Shown: piece after piece, positions 1 to 8,679 of the stretch
Numbering within the stretch: the stretch's first letter is position 1
Layout: every line of letters begins with the position of its first letter
Assembly: GCA_045863395.1 (NCBI GenBank)
Contig: BTVJ01000014.1
Span: 75,309 to 139,308, forward strand
From: Myxococcales bacterium
GTDB taxonomy: Bacteria > Myxococcota_A > UBA9042 > JABWCM01 > BTVJ01
Direction: 5' to 3'
DNA: 64,000 nt
Made by a program: the position numbers and the translations under genes
The notes under the pieces: model-generated
Told to the model about the DNA's origin: nothing
Databases searched by the model: none
The model's input: the letters and a program-made list of their open reading frames with translations, nothing else

Positions 1-1
1 C

Positions 2-1675
2 GACTACCTCAGGCACGAGCGGCCCCGGAACCCGGAGCGCGCCTTCGAGGGGCTCCTGGCGCTCGGACGATCCGAGGCGGCCCTCGCCCGCGGTGAGGGG
101 CGAGCGGCGCTGTCTGCCGGCGAGGACGCAGCGCGGCTTCTGCGCGCCTACCCTGCCGCCGAGGAGGCCGCGGTGCGAGCGCGGGAGTACGTCCAGGCCC
201 AGGAGCAGGCGCAGGCCCGGGCGCTCCTGGAGGCCGCCGATGACGCCGAGGCCCGGGGGGACCTGGAGGAGGCTCTCACGAGGATCGAAGCGGTCATCGC
301 GCTCAAGGGGGCGGAGCTCACGGGCGCTGGCGAGCGGCGCAAGGCCCTGCGTGAGAAGCTGGAACGCGACCGTCGTGCCCGGGAGCTGCTCGCCCGGGTG
401 CGCAAGCTGGTCGACGACCGGGACGGCTTCCGCGCGCTGCAAGTGCTGGAGCAGGCCCGCGGCGACCTGGCCGGGCGCCCGGACGCGGCCGCGCTCTTGG
501 AGGCGGCCCACGGGGCCATCGCCGAGCGCTACCCCGTGACGCCCCGCGCGGCGAGCGGTCCGCCCCCGCTGCCGGGCACCGTGGCGTTCGACGCGGCGCG
601 CCTCGGGGTCGGACCGGTGAGCCCGAAGGACGTGCGCGTGGTCTCCGACGAGGACGGCGACCGCCTGCTGTTCCTGACGGGCTCGCTCCTGGTGGTGCTC
701 GCCGGAGAGGATCTGAGAGTGCTGGCGGCGGTGGATCTGCCCACCGCCATCCCCTTCGGAGAGGAGGGGGACGCCATGTTCACGGCGGACATCGACGGTG
801 ACCTCCACATCCTCTTCGTCAGCAACGGAGAGCGGGCGCTGACCCGGGTGGTGGTGTCGGCAGGCGGGGCGCGGGTCACCGCGCGGGTCGACCTGGGGAG
901 CTCCCTCGGATCCAGCGCGGGGACGGTCCGCAGCTACGCCTACGACGCGCCGTCGGGGAACCTCCTGGTGCTCGAGCTCTCGCGGAGGGCGGCCCGGCAG
1001 GAGTCCCGCTTCGTGGCCCTGGACGCGGGCGACGGTCGCCTGCGGTTCCGCGAGACCTACAACCAGCCGGTGTTCAACCTGCAGCCGCTGCGCGGCGGCC
1101 AGAGGTACACGGCGAGCCGGGTCTACGACCCCCACGCGAGGATGTCGGGGAGCTGGTACCACCTCGCGGTGCTCGACGCGCGCGGGAAGGCCCAGGAGCG
1201 GGTCGCCCTCGCGGGCATCGACGAGGACCCGTACGCCATGCGCCAGACCATGCGGGGCCCGGCCAGCGAGCGCGTGTTCTGCGAGTACTGGGGCTTCGAT
1301 CGGTTCACGGGCCAGGTCCGCAGCAGCGGGAGCTCGCTGCTCGTGCTCAAGAAGGACTGGTCCGTGTTCTTCCAGTCCGCGGACCCGAACCTGCTGCTGG
1401 GTGGGAACCGCATCGCATTCGGCTCGATGGGGCTGACCACCGTGGGGGGACAGGAGCGCCTCCTCGTGCCGTGGCGAGAGCAGGAGGGGAGGACGGGCGT
1501 CGGGGTCCTCGACGCCGCCCACATGCGGTGCGTCGGGCATGTGACCATGGAGGCGGGCGTTCACATCGGGGCAGTCCGCGCGGATCCGGCCCGGGGGCGG
1601 GCGCGGATCGTGACGTTCCGCTCCGGGCAGCCCGGCTTCAAGGTGGAGCCCCTGGACGTGGAGTCCGCGCGCTGA
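2..1675 (+). CDS. 5'-truncated hypothetical protein: TPR-like/helical N-terminal part, probable beta-propeller C-terminal part
   Basis: The frame of ORF 173..1675 is open back to position 2 (DYLRHERPRNPERAFEGLL...). An Ala/Glu/Arg-rich helical region is followed by beta-strand-rich segments (SYAYDAPSGNLLVL, FVALDAGDG). Confidence 0.65.
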   Translation, partial: DYLRHERPRNPERAFEGLLALGRSEAALARGEGRAALSAGEDAARLLRAYPAAEEAAVRAREYVQAQEQAQARALLEAADDAEARGDLEEALTRIEAVIALKGAELTGAGERRKALREKLERDRRARELLARVRKLVDDRDGFRALQVLEQARGDLAGRPDAAALLEAAHGAIAERYPVTPRAASGPPPLPGTVAFDAARLGVGPVSPKDVRVVSDEDGDRLLFLTGSLLVVLAGEDLRVLAAVDLPTAIPFGEEGDAMFTADIDGDLHILFVSNGERALTRVVVSAGGARVTARVDLGSSLGSSAGTVRSYAYDAPSGNLLVLELSRRAARQESRFVALDAGDGRLRFRETYNQPVFNLQPLRGGQRYTASRVYDPHARMSGSWYHLAVLDARGKAQERVALAGIDEDPYAMRQTMRGPASERVFCEYWGFDRFTGQVRSSGSSLLVLKKDWSVFFQSADPNLLLGGNRIAFGSMGLTTVGGQERLLVPWREQEGRTGVGVLDAAHMRCVGHVTMEAGVHIGAVRADPARGRARIVTFRSGQPGFKVEPLDVESAR

Positions 1676-3856
1676 GTGAGCCACATGCACCTTCGCGCCT
1701 GCGCCTTGGTCCTCTTCGCCAGCGCTGCGTGGGCGGACCCGGAGCCCGCAGGCACGCTGGTGCGGGCGGCCGCCCTCCGAGACGCCAGCGGAGAGGACGT
1801 CCGCGCCGCGCAGGACGCGGTGGTCGCCATGGGGCAGACCGCGACGGGGGCCCTGGCGGCGCTGCTCGACGATCCTGGCGCGGGGCTCGACGCGCGGCTC
1901 GTCGCGCTGCGCCTGCTGGGCCGCATCGGGGGAGCCGAGGCCCTGGACGCCATCGGGGGCGTGGCCACCCGGTCCGATGAGCCCGCCCTCCGGTGGGCCG
2001 CGGCCGAGACCCTCGCCACCTTCGACGGGGACGAGCCGGTGCGCTGGCTCGTGCCCCTGCTCTGGGACCCCACGACGGCCTCGACCTCCCTGTGGCTGCT
2101 CTCCGAGCGTGCCACCCCCGACTTGATCCCCGTCTTCGCTGCCGGCCTCGCGGATCCCGCCCTCGCCGCCCAGGCGCTCATGGCGCTGGCCGCCGTGTGT
2201 ACGCCCGAGGCGGAGCAGCTCATCGCGACGGTGGCGGAGCGAGGAGATCCCGCCACGTATCTCGACGCGGTGGCGGGCCTGCTCCGTTGCGGAGGGCCGG
2301 TGTCCGTAGCACAGGGCGTCGAGCGTGCGCAGGCGCTCGCCGAGGAGGACCGCGCCCGCGTGGCGGACCGCCTGCTGGCGAGCAGGCCGGACCCGGTCGC
2401 CCTCCGAAGCGTGCTCGACACGAGCGTCCCCCGCGCGGTGCTCGGGGATGGAGAGGTGGCGCTGGCGGCGCGCCTCGCCCTGGTGGACGCCCCCGGCGCG
2501 GCGCAGGTGCTGGCGGCGGCGCCCTGGCGGGACGCCGTCATCGACGCCGCGCTGCGAGGCACGCGCCGCGACGCCTCCTCCCTGGTGCGGCTGACCCGCG
2601 ACCCCCGGGCCCGAGCCGCGGCCCGCTCCGTCCTGCGAGGAGAGCGTCAGGGCGCGTGGGGGGCCGCCCTGGACGTGCTCGGCGAGGCGCGGGACGCAGA
2701 CGACGTGGCCGTGCTCGCCGCGTGCCTGGCGGAGCCCCTGGACCGCTCCCAGCCGTGCCTTCGCCTTCTCGCCCTGGCATCACGCGGGGCCCCCGAGGCG
2801 GTTGGCGCCCTGGAGGACGCTCTGGATGGCCGCCTGCCCGTGACCGAGGGGCTCGACCTGGTCGCGGCCGCGTGGCTGAGCGGTGCCCCGTCGCTGGTGG
2901 ACCGGGTGCGCGGGCGCCGCCCTCGGGAGCTGACCGCCGGGCTCGTGGAGGCGCTGGCGCGGCGCCCGGTGGGCCCGCAGGAGCGCGCCGCCCTGCTCGG
3001 CGCCCTGGGCGGCCCGGACGCTCGGGCCGCCCTGGACACCCTCGGCTCCAGCGGCGACGGGGACGCCGTGGGGGCCATCGCCGCGTGGACGAGCCGGGCC
3101 TCGGCCGAGGACCGGGGAGCCGGGCTGCGCGCCCTGGGCCTCGTCGGGACGGATCGAGCCGTCGCGGCTCTGGCTCCCATCGCCCGAAAGCCGGGGCACC
3201 CGGACCGACTGGCGGCGGTCCAGGCCATCGCGCTCGTCAGGACGGCTGCTTCCTCCACGTTGCTCGCTCAGATGCTGGATCCCGTGCGCCCGGACCTCTT
3301 CGTGGCGGCCGCCGAGGGGCTCGCGGAGCGCCCGGCGGACGTGCTTCCCCCCGTGCTCCTCTCAGCCGCGTGGGACGCCGACGAGCGGGTCGCCCTCGCC
3401 GCCATCCGGGCGTTGGTGGCGGCCGGGGAGCTGGATCGGGCGCGCGACGCCCTGAACGCGAGAGCGGGGCTGCTGTCGCGGGAGGGGCTGGTGACCGCCG
3501 ATGGCCTGCTCGCCGCGCGCCCTCTGCCCTCCATGAGCGGCGCGGCCCCGGGGCTCGCCGGCGTACCGGACCTCCCGGCGCTCATCGCGGGGGCAGCCTC
3601 CCGGGCCCCCGTCGCCGCGCTCGTGCGGTCCGTGGTGGACGGCGCGTCGCGGGGGGATCCGTCGCAGGCCGTCATCGTCGGCCTCGCGTCCTGGGACCCG
3701 GAGGTGCGCGAGCTGGCCCTCACGGTCGCACGGTCTCTCTGCGGCGAGGAGCGCGCCGCCCTCGAGGCCGCGCTCCGGGACGCTCCCCCTCCCGTCCCGC
3801 GCCAGGAGGTCCGCGCGGCTCTGGACGGGGCCCCGTGCCCGCCCGAGCGCTGGTAG
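1676..3856 (+). CDS. HEAT/PBS-lyase-repeat protein with probable signal peptide
   Basis: Ala/Leu-rich helical repeats (RLVALRLLGRIGG, RGAGLRALGLVG, RLAAVQAIALV, DPEVRELA). N-terminus MHLRACALVLFASAAWA-DP resembles a Sec signal. True start may be ATG 1685. Confidence 0.7.
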   Translation: MSHMHLRACALVLFASAAWADPEPAGTLVRAAALRDASGEDVRAAQDAVVAMGQTATGALAALLDDPGAGLDARLVALRLLGRIGGAEALDAIGGVATRSDEPALRWAAAETLATFDGDEPVRWLVPLLWDPTTASTSLWLLSERATPDLIPVFAAGLADPALAAQALMALAAVCTPEAEQLIATVAERGDPATYLDAVAGLLRCGGPVSVAQGVERAQALAEEDRARVADRLLASRPDPVALRSVLDTSVPRAVLGDGEVALAARLALVDAPGAAQVLAAAPWRDAVIDAALRGTRRDASSLVRLTRDPRARAAARSVLRGERQGAWGAALDVLGEARDADDVAVLAACLAEPLDRSQPCLRLLALASRGAPEAVGALEDALDGRLPVTEGLDLVAAAWLSGAPSLVDRVRGRRPRELTAGLVEALARRPVGPQERAALLGALGGPDARAALDTLGSSGDGDAVGAIAAWTSRASAEDRGAGLRALGLVGTDRAVAALAPIARKPGHPDRLAAVQAIALVRTAASSTLLAQMLDPVRPDLFVAAAEGLAERPADVLPPVLLSAAWDADERVALAAIRALVAAGELDRARDALNARAGLLSREGLVTADGLLAARPLPSMSGAAPGLAGVPDLPALIAGAASRAPVAALVRSVVDGASRGDPSQAVIVGLASWDPEVRELALTVARSLCGEERAALEAALRDAPPPVPRQEVRAALDGAPCPPERW

Positions 3857-3890
3857 GTCCCTCTGCCCTGACAGGGCCGGGAAGTCGCGG

Positions 3891-5288
3891 CTACTCCCAG
3901 ATCATGCAGTGTCCCCAGAGGGAGGCAGGGTCCTTGCGGTAGCAGAAGTCGTAGCCCTTCGCCTTGCAGGGCGCGTCGGCGATGCAGGCGGGCCAACAGC
4001 GGTCGATGGCGCCGCACACGAGGCCGGGTGCACACAGGTCGGTGACCGGGTCACAGGCGTCTCCAACGGCCAGGTCTCCCGCAGATCCACACTGCGTCCA
4101 GGGCTCCTCCCCGCACTGCCAGAGACCCGTGGCGCACAGCGCCCAGCCGATGAGGCCGTCGCAGGACGAGTACCAGCCCTCGGACTTGCTGCCGATGGCG
4201 CCGCAGGTCGCCTCGCAGCCGGCGCACGTGACCGCCTTCAGGAGCTTGCCGGTGCAGGGGTCGGTCCACCCCTCGTCCTTCGTGCCGGTGCCCGTGCAGA
4301 CGGGAGCGCAGCCCGCGTCCGGCACCTCGCAGGCGCACAGGGGCACGACGTCGCCGCTCGCGCATGCGTAGCTCGCCTCACTGCCGACGCTACAGGAGGA
4401 GCCCTGACAGAGCGCCTGCGGGGAGCCAGTACAGGCAAACTCGGGGGCGCACTGTGCCCACTGGATGAGCTCGCCCGTGCAGCCGTCGACCCACCCCTCC
4501 GACTTGCTGCCGATGGCTGCGCAGGCCGCCGTGCACCCGGTGCAGTCCGCCTCGCCCATGAGCGCGCCCGTGCAGGAGTCCACCCAGCCGCCGGCGCCTG
4601 GCTGACACACGGGCTCACACGGGGCCACCTCACACTGGCACCAGGGGACGGGTGCTCCCTGCGGGCATGGCCACTCCACGGTCTGGCCAGCGTGGCACAG
4701 AGTGGGGCAGGTGCCCTCCGGGTGCTCCACGCAGTCCCAGCCGCCGGCCGTGCAGGCGCAGAAGGGTACGTCGGTCCCGTCGGGGCACGCGTACGTCACA
4801 GGGGAGACGCCGGCGCAGTCGCATGTGCACTCACCACCCGCGCCGCACACGGGCTTCGGACACGGCAGCGCGCAGTCCGAGTCCTCGGCACAGCCTGCGC
4901 AGGCGCATACGGGGCAGCCGTCCGGTCCGGTGGCAAAGCCGTGCTCGCAGAACAGGGTGCAGTCGACGGGTGGACAGCCGGCGTCCGGGGGCAGGGTCGT
5001 GTCTGGGGGGCCCGAGTCCAGGGATGCGTCGGCAGTGGCCGCGCCGTCCGTGTCTGCGGTGGTGGGTGCATCGCTGAGGACATCCGGGGCAGCGATGTCG
5101 GCTGCAGCCCCCGTGTCGGGTGCGGCGTCCAGGAGCACGTCAGGCCCGGCGTCCGAGGGCGACACGTCTCCGTGGGTGTCGGCGATGCCGGCATCGGCGC
5201 CGCCGTTGCTCTGGCTGCCCCCGGCGGAGGGGCACCCGGCGAGCAGGGTGAGAGAGTACGCGAGAGCCGCGAGCATCACGCAGCGCAT
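3891..5288 (-). CDS. Cys-rich lipoprotein with an antistasin-like module and repeated GxKxEGW modules
   Basis: ATG 5288 with AGGAGG RBS; lipobox LLAG-C; Asp/Ala/Pro linker; CPPVDCTLFCEHGFATGPDGCPVCAC; repeated CxAIGSKSEGW...C. Confidence 0.75.
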   Translation of the reverse strand: MRCVMLAALAYSLTLLAGCPSAGGSQSNGGADAGIADTHGDVSPSDAGPDVLLDAAPDTGAAADIAAPDVLSDAPTTADTDGAATADASLDSGPPDTTLPPDAGCPPVDCTLFCEHGFATGPDGCPVCACAGCAEDSDCALPCPKPVCGAGGECTCDCAGVSPVTYACPDGTDVPFCACTAGGWDCVEHPEGTCPTLCHAGQTVEWPCPQGAPVPWCQCEVAPCEPVCQPGAGGWVDSCTGALMGEADCTGCTAACAAIGSKSEGWVDGCTGELIQWAQCAPEFACTGSPQALCQGSSCSVGSEASYACASGDVVPLCACEVPDAGCAPVCTGTGTKDEGWTDPCTGKLLKAVTCAGCEATCGAIGSKSEGWYSSCDGLIGWALCATGLWQCGEEPWTQCGSAGDLAVGDACDPVTDLCAPGLVCGAIDRCWPACIADAPCKAKGYDFCYRKDPASLWGHCMIWE

Positions 5289-5317
5289 CAAGCACCTCCT
5301 CCGCCCATCCCGTGGGT

Positions 5318-5347
5318 ACGATACGCCTCGCCTCCGCCCGCCGACAA
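5318..5347 (-). promoter_or_regulatory. Candidate sigma70 promoter for the 3891..5288 gene
   Basis: Minus strand TTGTCG-N18-TATCGT, just upstream of the RBS. Confidence 0.4.
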
Positions 5348-5514
5348 GCACGCGCCCGGTTCGGACCGCGGAGGGTCCACGACTCGTCGGGGTGGGAAGG
5401 TCCGCGTAGTTCGCTATAGTCACCCACCTGCGGCGTCCCACCTGGGGATGCCTGGAACCCGACGCGTTGGGAGCCCTCGACTCGCAGGGCAGGCGCCTGA
5501 CAGGGAGGAGTGCC

Positions 5515-6624
5515 GTGAAGGGATGGATGGCGGCGGTGACGGTCGTGGCAGTTGTCGGGGCGTGCGCGGACGACGGCCCAGGGGGTTCGCCGGCAGAGGG
5601 CGCGGACGCGGAACAGCAGGTCGGCGCGGACACGATGGACACCGGAGCGACCACGGACGCCAGCGCCGACACAGGGGAGGGCGCCGATGGGGGGGACTCC
5701 GCGAGCCCTGCCGACGCTGGCGACGCGGGCCCGGGGGCCCAGGACACCGAGGCCGACTCGGGGGCACCGGACGCCTCGGCGCACGACGCGGCGGAGACGA
5801 GGGCAGACGCAGCGGACGCGCGTGCGCCCGCATGCACACCAGGCGCCACCCGTTGCGCTGCGGGCGCCTCCACGGTGGAGCGCTGCGATGCGGCCGGCGC
5901 CGGGTGGGTCGTATCCGAGGCGTGCGCCGAGGCCTGCGCGGCCGGCGAGTGTGTCGCGCTGGTGTGCACCCCGAACCAGAAGCTCTGCGATGGGGACACC
6001 CTTCGCGTGTGCAATCCCGGGGGGACGGCCACCACCACGGTGATGACGTGCGCGGCCGGCTGTGAGGAGAGCGCGACGGGGGCGGCGTGCCTTCTGTGCG
6101 AGGCGGGCGCGAAGGGCTGCAAGGACGCGGTGACGGCCTGGTCGTGCGTTCACCCGACGGAGCCGCCCGAGGAGACGCCGTGTGCTCCGGGCCTCGAGGC
6201 GTGCGTCGCCGGAGGCTGCACGGGCCTCCTCGCCTGGACGCCAGGCGACACCGCGGTCGACGCCATGCTGTGGCTGGCCATCCATACCGGCGCCTGCGCG
6301 CTGGACGGCGCCTCGGGCGGCGCGGACCTGCTGTGTTGGGCGCTGGACACGACGAAGCTGAAGGCGCCGATCACCGCTGCCGGCTTTTCGGAGTGGCTGT
6401 GCGACGGGGCGGCGGCAGGGACCCTGACCGCGGGGGACTTCCTACCGGTGGGTGCCCACGGCGAGGACCAGATCTTCGCTGCCGCTCTGGCGGCGGCGGG
6501 GTGTGCGGCACCGGCGACGCTCGGCCTCCCGCCGGCTGGCCTTCAGCCAGGCCACCCGGTGGGCGACCTCTGCGAGTCATGGCACAAGGCGACCGGCAAG
6601 GTGATCGTGGGCGCCTGCCCGTGA
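5515..6624 (+). CDS. Cys-rich lipoprotein of unknown function
   Basis: GTG 5515 after GGAGGAG; lipobox VVGA-C; acidic linker; CTPGATRC and CTPNQKLC repeats. Confidence 0.7.
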   Translation: MKGWMAAVTVVAVVGACADDGPGGSPAEGADAEQQVGADTMDTGATTDASADTGEGADGGDSASPADAGDAGPGAQDTEADSGAPDASAHDAAETRADAADARAPACTPGATRCAAGASTVERCDAAGAGWVVSEACAEACAAGECVALVCTPNQKLCDGDTLRVCNPGGTATTTVMTCAAGCEESATGAACLLCEAGAKGCKDAVTAWSCVHPTEPPEETPCAPGLEACVAGGCTGLLAWTPGDTAVDAMLWLAIHTGACALDGASGGADLLCWALDTTKLKAPITAAGFSEWLCDGAAAGTLTAGDFLPVGAHGEDQIFAAALAAAGCAAPATLGLPPAGLQPGHPVGDLCESWHKATGKVIVGACP

Positions 6625-6629
6625 CGCTC

Positions 6630-8483
6630 TCAGGGGCACGCGACCTGGGCGCCCGACGGGACGCTCAGGCCCTGGCACGACTCCACGTCGGCGGCGGGCG
6701 TGTAAGGGACGCTGGCGGTGACGCTGGTGACGGTCAGCGTGAAGGTGCCCGTGACCTGGGTCTTGAGCGAGAACACAGGCGTCAGGCCACTCGATCCCGT
6801 CGTGCCGCTCAGCGGGTAGGACGTGCCGCTCGGTGACCGGAGGTCGACCGTGACGCTCGCGCCGGCGATGGGTGCTCCCTGCGAGTTGACCACGAGCACC
6901 TGCCCGTTGACCTGGTAGGGGTACTTGCCCTTGATGGACGTCTGCCACATCGCCACGTCCTGCACGTGGGCGCTGGAGCACTCGGTGCCCCACACCTGCT
7001 CGCATGCCGCGGCGCAGGTGCCACCGCTCGCGCAGACGGTGGCCGGACACGTGAAGCCCACGGCCCCGCAGTCGGCGTCCGTCGTGCACGCCGGGGCCCG
7101 GCACTGCCCGCCGCAGCAGATGCCGTCGCAGGGGAGCCCGTCGTCGGGAGCGCTCGTGCACAGGCCCGTCTGGCTGTTGCACACGTCGGCGGTGCAGGGG
7201 TTGCCGTCGTCGCAGGCCGCGTCCGAGGTGCACGGGTCGACCGGGGAACCCACCCGCAGGAGGGGCTCCTGAACGCCGTCCGGGTCGTCGCCGCACTTGC
7301 CGAGGGGCCCGGCGCACGGGGCTGTCTCGGCGGCCGCAAGCAGCGCGGCGCGGACGTCGGCGGGGGTCCAGGACGGGTTCTGCGCCATCAGGCGTGCGGC
7401 TGCCCCCGCGACGTGGGGAGCCGCCATGCTCGTGCCGCTCTTGCTGCCGTACCCGCCGCCCGGCACCGTGGAGAGGATGCCCACGCCTGGGGCCATGATG
7501 TCCACGTCGTGGCCGAAGTTGCTGAAGCACGCGAAGGAGTCGTCCACGCTCTCGGTGCACGAGCTGAACGAGAACACGCCGGAGCCCAGCCCGCCCGGCG
7601 CGCCGTCGAAGTCGGCGAGGGCGGACACGGTGATCACCTCGTCGTAGGCGGCGGGGACGCTGATGGCCGCGTTGGTCGACTCGTTGCCCGCCGCCACGAC
7701 GAACGTGACGCCGGCAGCCACCGCACGGCAGATGGCGATGTGCTCGGCGTCCGTGGACAGCGAGCAGTCGGTGCCGTCGGTGTCGTCGGTGCCGCCGCCG
7801 CCCAGGCTCATGTTCGCGACGTCGATGACGCCCGCGTTGGCCGTCACCCAGTCGATGCCCGCGATCACGCCGGAGCGCGTCCCGCTGCCGCTGGCGCTGA
7901 GCACCTTGACGGCGTACAGGCGCGCCCCTGGGGCCACCCCGACCACGCCGATGCCGTTGTCACGGGCAGCGATGGTACCAGCCACGTGGGTCCCGTGGCC
8001 GTTGTCGTCGTTGCCGCCCGCCTTGCAGGCGCCCGTCTTGGGGCTGGGCTTCACGCAGTCGATGCCCCCCACCACGTTGAGGTCGGGGTGGGTCAGGTCG
8101 ATGCCGGTGTCGATGACCGCCACGTCCACGTCGAGGGACGAGCCGTCGAGGAGCGGCGCCGCCCCGATGCGCACGATCCCCGTGGGGATCGACTGGGCGT
8201 AGGCCTCGACCACCGAGTCCTGCTCGATCCACGCGACGTTGGGGTTGTTCTCGAGGGCCTTGAGCGCCGCCGGGGGCAGGGAGGCGGCGAAGCCGCGCAG
8301 CGCATGGGAGTACGTCACGTGTGGCGTGACCCCATGGGCGCCGGCGAAGGCGTGGGGGTTCTTGACGCTGTCATTCAGCACGACGATGTACTGGCCGGGG
8401 ATCACTTGTGCGGAGGCGGCGCTGCCCGCGGCAATCACGGACATGGTGGCCAGCGCGAGGCTGACGCGGCGAAGCGACTTCAT
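6630..8483 (-). CDS. Secreted S8 subtilisin-like serine protease with I9 propeptide, Cys-rich linker and C-terminal Ig-like domain
   Basis: Triad motifs VAVIDTG, HGTHVAG, GTSMAAPH; oxyanion AAGN; propeptide PGQYIVVL...RGFAA; ATG 8483 after GGAGG. Confidence 0.93.
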   Translation of the reverse strand: MKSLRRVSLALATMSVIAAGSAASAQVIPGQYIVVLNDSVKNPHAFAGAHGVTPHVTYSHALRGFAASLPPAALKALENNPNVAWIEQDSVVEAYAQSIPTGIVRIGAAPLLDGSSLDVDVAVIDTGIDLTHPDLNVVGGIDCVKPSPKTGACKAGGNDDNGHGTHVAGTIAARDNGIGVVGVAPGARLYAVKVLSASGSGTRSGVIAGIDWVTANAGVIDVANMSLGGGGTDDTDGTDCSLSTDAEHIAICRAVAAGVTFVVAAGNESTNAAISVPAAYDEVITVSALADFDGAPGGLGSGVFSFSSCTESVDDSFACFSNFGHDVDIMAPGVGILSTVPGGGYGSKSGTSMAAPHVAGAAARLMAQNPSWTPADVRAALLAAAETAPCAGPLGKCGDDPDGVQEPLLRVGSPVDPCTSDAACDDGNPCTADVCNSQTGLCTSAPDDGLPCDGICCGGQCRAPACTTDADCGAVGFTCPATVCASGGTCAAACEQVWGTECSSAHVQDVAMWQTSIKGKYPYQVNGQVLVVNSQGAPIAGASVTVDLRSPSGTSYPLSGTTGSSGLTPVFSLKTQVTGTFTLTVTSVTASVPYTPAADVESCQGLSVPSGAQVACP

Positions 8484-8679
8484 GAGGGGTCCTCCAGGAC
8501 GGTTCTCGGCGGAGGCCGAGAGCTGGTTCGGGCGGGGTGCGGCGCTCACATATGCGCCTCGGCCTCCTGAGGTCAAGAGAATTCGGCGTGTGGTCGCAGG
8601 CGCCGGCTTGGCAGGCTCTGGCGGTCGCGGTGCTCGGGGAGCAGACGCCGCGGCCAGTCACGTCCGGTGGCGGCGCTGG

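Noticed and set aside
1993..3942. 649-aa alternative-frame ORF and the many similar long Arg/Gly/Pro-rich ORFs (e.g. 35891..39178, 49993..52752, 53903..56482)
   Set aside because: Shadow frames of high-GC genes: low-complexity composition, no motifs, fully overlapping well-supported CDSs.
5289..6122. N-terminal extension of ORF 3891..6122
   Set aside because: Antisense to the 5515 gene; the RBS and lipobox place the start at 5288.
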